This document shows, in pieces, positions 61,984-64,000 of a stretch of 64,000 bases of DNA. The notes under the pieces were generated by a model. That model was not told where the DNA came from. It made no database searches and was given only the letters and a program-made list of their open reading frames with translations. Source of the DNA: an uncultured cyanobacterium (lineage in GTDB: Bacteria; Cyanobacteriota; Cyanobacteriia; Cyanobacteriales; CAWUOF01); contig CAVUSO010000001.1 of the NCBI GenBank assembly GCA_963744145.1, positions 5,856,001 through 5,920,000 of the forward strand, in the 5' to 3' direction. The translations under genes and the position numbers were made by a program. Positions within the stretch are counted from its first letter, which is position 1, and every line of letters starts with the position of its first letter.

Positions 61984-64000
61984 ATGCCAACTAAGCAATC
62001 CCCTAAAGTAACTACATCAGAGCCAGCCTCAAAGCCAGTCAAACTAGAGCAACCAAAACTACAGCCCCCCAAACTACAACTTGGTCGCTCAATACCGCTA
62101 AGACTAATATTAATTGCCCCATTTATCATGCAAATATTTGCCGCTGTAGGATTGACAAGTTATTTATCTATTAGCAATGGGCAAAAAGCCGTCAATGACT
62201 TAGCTAAAGATTTGCGACAAGACGTTAGTGCTAGAGTTGCACAACATATAACTTCCTATCTAGAAAAACCTTGGATGGTTAACCAACTTATAGCAGATGC
62301 AGTTGATCGAAAACAGTTGAATCTCGATCTAGAGAACATCTATCTACAAAATGATAAATTTTTCTTACAAACGATGCGAATGTTCAATGAAATAGGGGGT
62401 GTTTTTATTGGAACTCCTGAACATGGTTCTATTTTAGGAGGAAGACGTGATAATAAAAAAGAAATACTTATTGCAATTGATAACCAAAGTACAGGATTTA
62501 AAAGCTGCCGATTTCGAGTCAATGAGCAAGATCAACGGACTGCATTAGTTTATGCTGGCACTGATAAATTTGATGCTCGTACTCGCCCTTGGTACAAAAA
62601 GGCAGTTCAAGCTAAAAAGCCTGTCTGGTCAGATATTTATCCTGATTTTAATAATTTTCTCCCAATAATTACTGCTAGTTCTCCAATATTTGATCGCCAG
62701 AATAATTTATTGGCTGTAAGTTCAGCAAATTTAAATATTGAAAATATCATTACTTTTCTCAAAAATGTTCATATCAGTAAAAAAAGTGAGATTTTTATTA
62801 TTGAGCGGAATGCCAATATTGTAGCTAGTTCTACTGATGAAAAACCCTTCATAATTAATGACCCTAAGCAACCAATACTACGTTTATCTGCTACCTCCAG
62901 TAACAATCCTGCCACTCAAGCAGCTACTAAATTCTTGCAAAACTATTATCAGCACCTCTCGGCAATTAATGTTTCTACTCAACACGAGTTTTATTTGGAA
63001 GGAGAGCGCCAATTTCTTCAAGTTACTCCTTTTAAGGACCAGTATGGATTAGATTGGCTGATTGTAGTAGTAGTCCCTGAATCTGATTTCATGGAGCAAA
63101 TTAATGCCAATACTCGCACTACAATCTTTCTATGTATTTTGGCTTTAATCCTAGCCATAATTTCTGGGATTTATACATCCCATTGGATTTTACAACCAAT
63201 TAATCGTTTAAATCAAGCATCTCAAGAAATTACTAGGGGCAATCTTAACCAAGAAATTCAACCAGAAAGTATTAAAGAATTAAATCAACTAGGAGAAATT
63301 TTCAATGAAATGAGTAACCAACTCCAAGCGTCTTTCTGTGCCTTATCCCAAACTAATACTGAATTAGAAAAACGGGTAGAAGAACGTACTATAGAGTTGA
63401 AACAATCTAAGGAAGAAGCAGAATTTGCAAAACAAATAGCAGATAACGCTAATCAAGCTAAAAGTGAGTTTCTAGCTAATATGAGCCATGAATTAAGAAC
63501 ACCTCTAAATGGTATTTTAGGTTATGCCCAAATTCTGGGACGTTCTAAAGCTATTCCTGAGAAAGAAAAACATGGAGTTAATATTATTCACCAATGTGGT
63601 TCTCATCTACTTACTCTAATTAATGATGTTCTAGATATTGCCAAAATTGAAGCTCGTAAACTTGAACTAGTCCCCAGTGCCATTCATTTACCATCATTAG
63701 TGCAAGGTGTTGTCGAAATATCCCAAATCCGGGCTCAACAAAAAGGAATTGATTTTTATTACACACCAGATCCTAATTTACCTAGTGGGGTGATCGCTGA
63801 TGAGAAACGATTGAGACAGGTATTAATTAATCTTTTAGGTAATGCAATTAAATTTACTGATCAGGGTAGTGTGACTCTGCAAGTCAAGCGATTAAACTCA
63901 AATATTGAGCCAAATTCCTTTATTTACCTACGTTTTTCTGTGATCGATACGGGAGTTGGTATTAGTGAAGAAAATATTCAGAAACTATTCCAGGCATTTC
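61984..64000 (+). CDS. Sensor histidine kinase (TM-Cache-TM-HAMP-HisKA-HATPase), 3' end outside the window
   Basis: Open frame from ATG 61984; RPWY Cache motif, FLANMSHELRTPLNG, RLRQVLINLLGNAIKFT, DTGVGI. Absent from the ORF track because it has no stop in the window. Confidence 0.93.
   Translation, partial: MPTKQSPKVTTSEPASKPVKLEQPKLQPPKLQLGRSIPLRLILIAPFIMQIFAAVGLTSYLSISNGQKAVNDLAKDLRQDVSARVAQHITSYLEKPWMVNQLIADAVDRKQLNLDLENIYLQNDKFFLQTMRMFNEIGGVFIGTPEHGSILGGRRDNKKEILIAIDNQSTGFKSCRFRVNEQDQRTALVYAGTDKFDARTRPWYKKAVQAKKPVWSDIYPDFNNFLPIITASSPIFDRQNNLLAVSSANLNIENIITFLKNVHISKKSEIFIIERNANIVASSTDEKPFIINDPKQPILRLSATSSNNPATQAATKFLQNYYQHLSAINVSTQHEFYLEGERQFLQVTPFKDQYGLDWLIVVVVPESDFMEQINANTRTTIFLCILALILAIISGIYTSHWILQPINRLNQASQEITRGNLNQEIQPESIKELNQLGEIFNEMSNQLQASFCALSQTNTELEKRVEERTIELKQSKEEAEFAKQIADNANQAKSEFLANMSHELRTPLNGILGYAQILGRSKAIPEKEKHGVNIIHQCGSHLLTLINDVLDIAKIEARKLELVPSAIHLPSLVQGVVEISQIRAQQKGIDFYYTPDPNLPSGVIADEKRLRQVLINLLGNAIKFTDQGSVTLQVKRLNSNIEPNSFIYLRFSVIDTGVGISEENIQKLFQAF

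Noticed and set aside
19756..63052. Remaining 60-110 aa ORFs overlapping recognised genes (for example 23406, 34667, 42925, 53439, 62340, 62858)
   Set aside because: Nested in or antisense to confident CDSs, with no independent evidence.

Overview
Cyanobacterial chromosome segment: the HIP1 octamer GCGATCGC is frequent, and psaX and Uma2-family genes are present. From left to right: (1) the AT-rich end of an accessory region, with the 3' part of a large unknown protein, two broken toxin-antitoxin pairs, a GNAT fragment and REP/MITE-like palindromes (1-4.4 kb); (2) core genes: APH/AAA kinase, rplY, purA, an adenosine deaminase, psaX (missed by the ORF track), an atypical PRK-family kinase, a beta-CASP hydrolase, Nit1 and DUF2358; (3) a 4.8-kb islet bracketed by a ~78-bp direct repeat of the DUF2358 3' end, encoding a secreted GH29 fucosidase and a Tat-exported beta-helix protein; (4) an ArsA/Get3 ATPase; (5) a ~20-kb Wzx/Wzy exopolysaccharide cluster (GT2/GT4/GT26, PhyH dioxygenase, wzx, wzy, wza, wzc); (6) a hydrolase, an SPFH protein, folP, tpiA, two more glycosyltransferases, a class III nucleotide cyclase, a SWIM/SNF2 pair, pnp, a DUF2993-like gene, two Uma2 genes, shc and a histidine kinase cut by the window end. 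Six otherwise intact genes carry 1-2 nt frameshifts; two of them lie in the identical 9-mer ACCGACTGC, which suggests motif-linked sequencing errors. I saw no tRNA, rRNA, CRISPR array or intact transposase. All calls come from reading motifs by eye; no searches were run.
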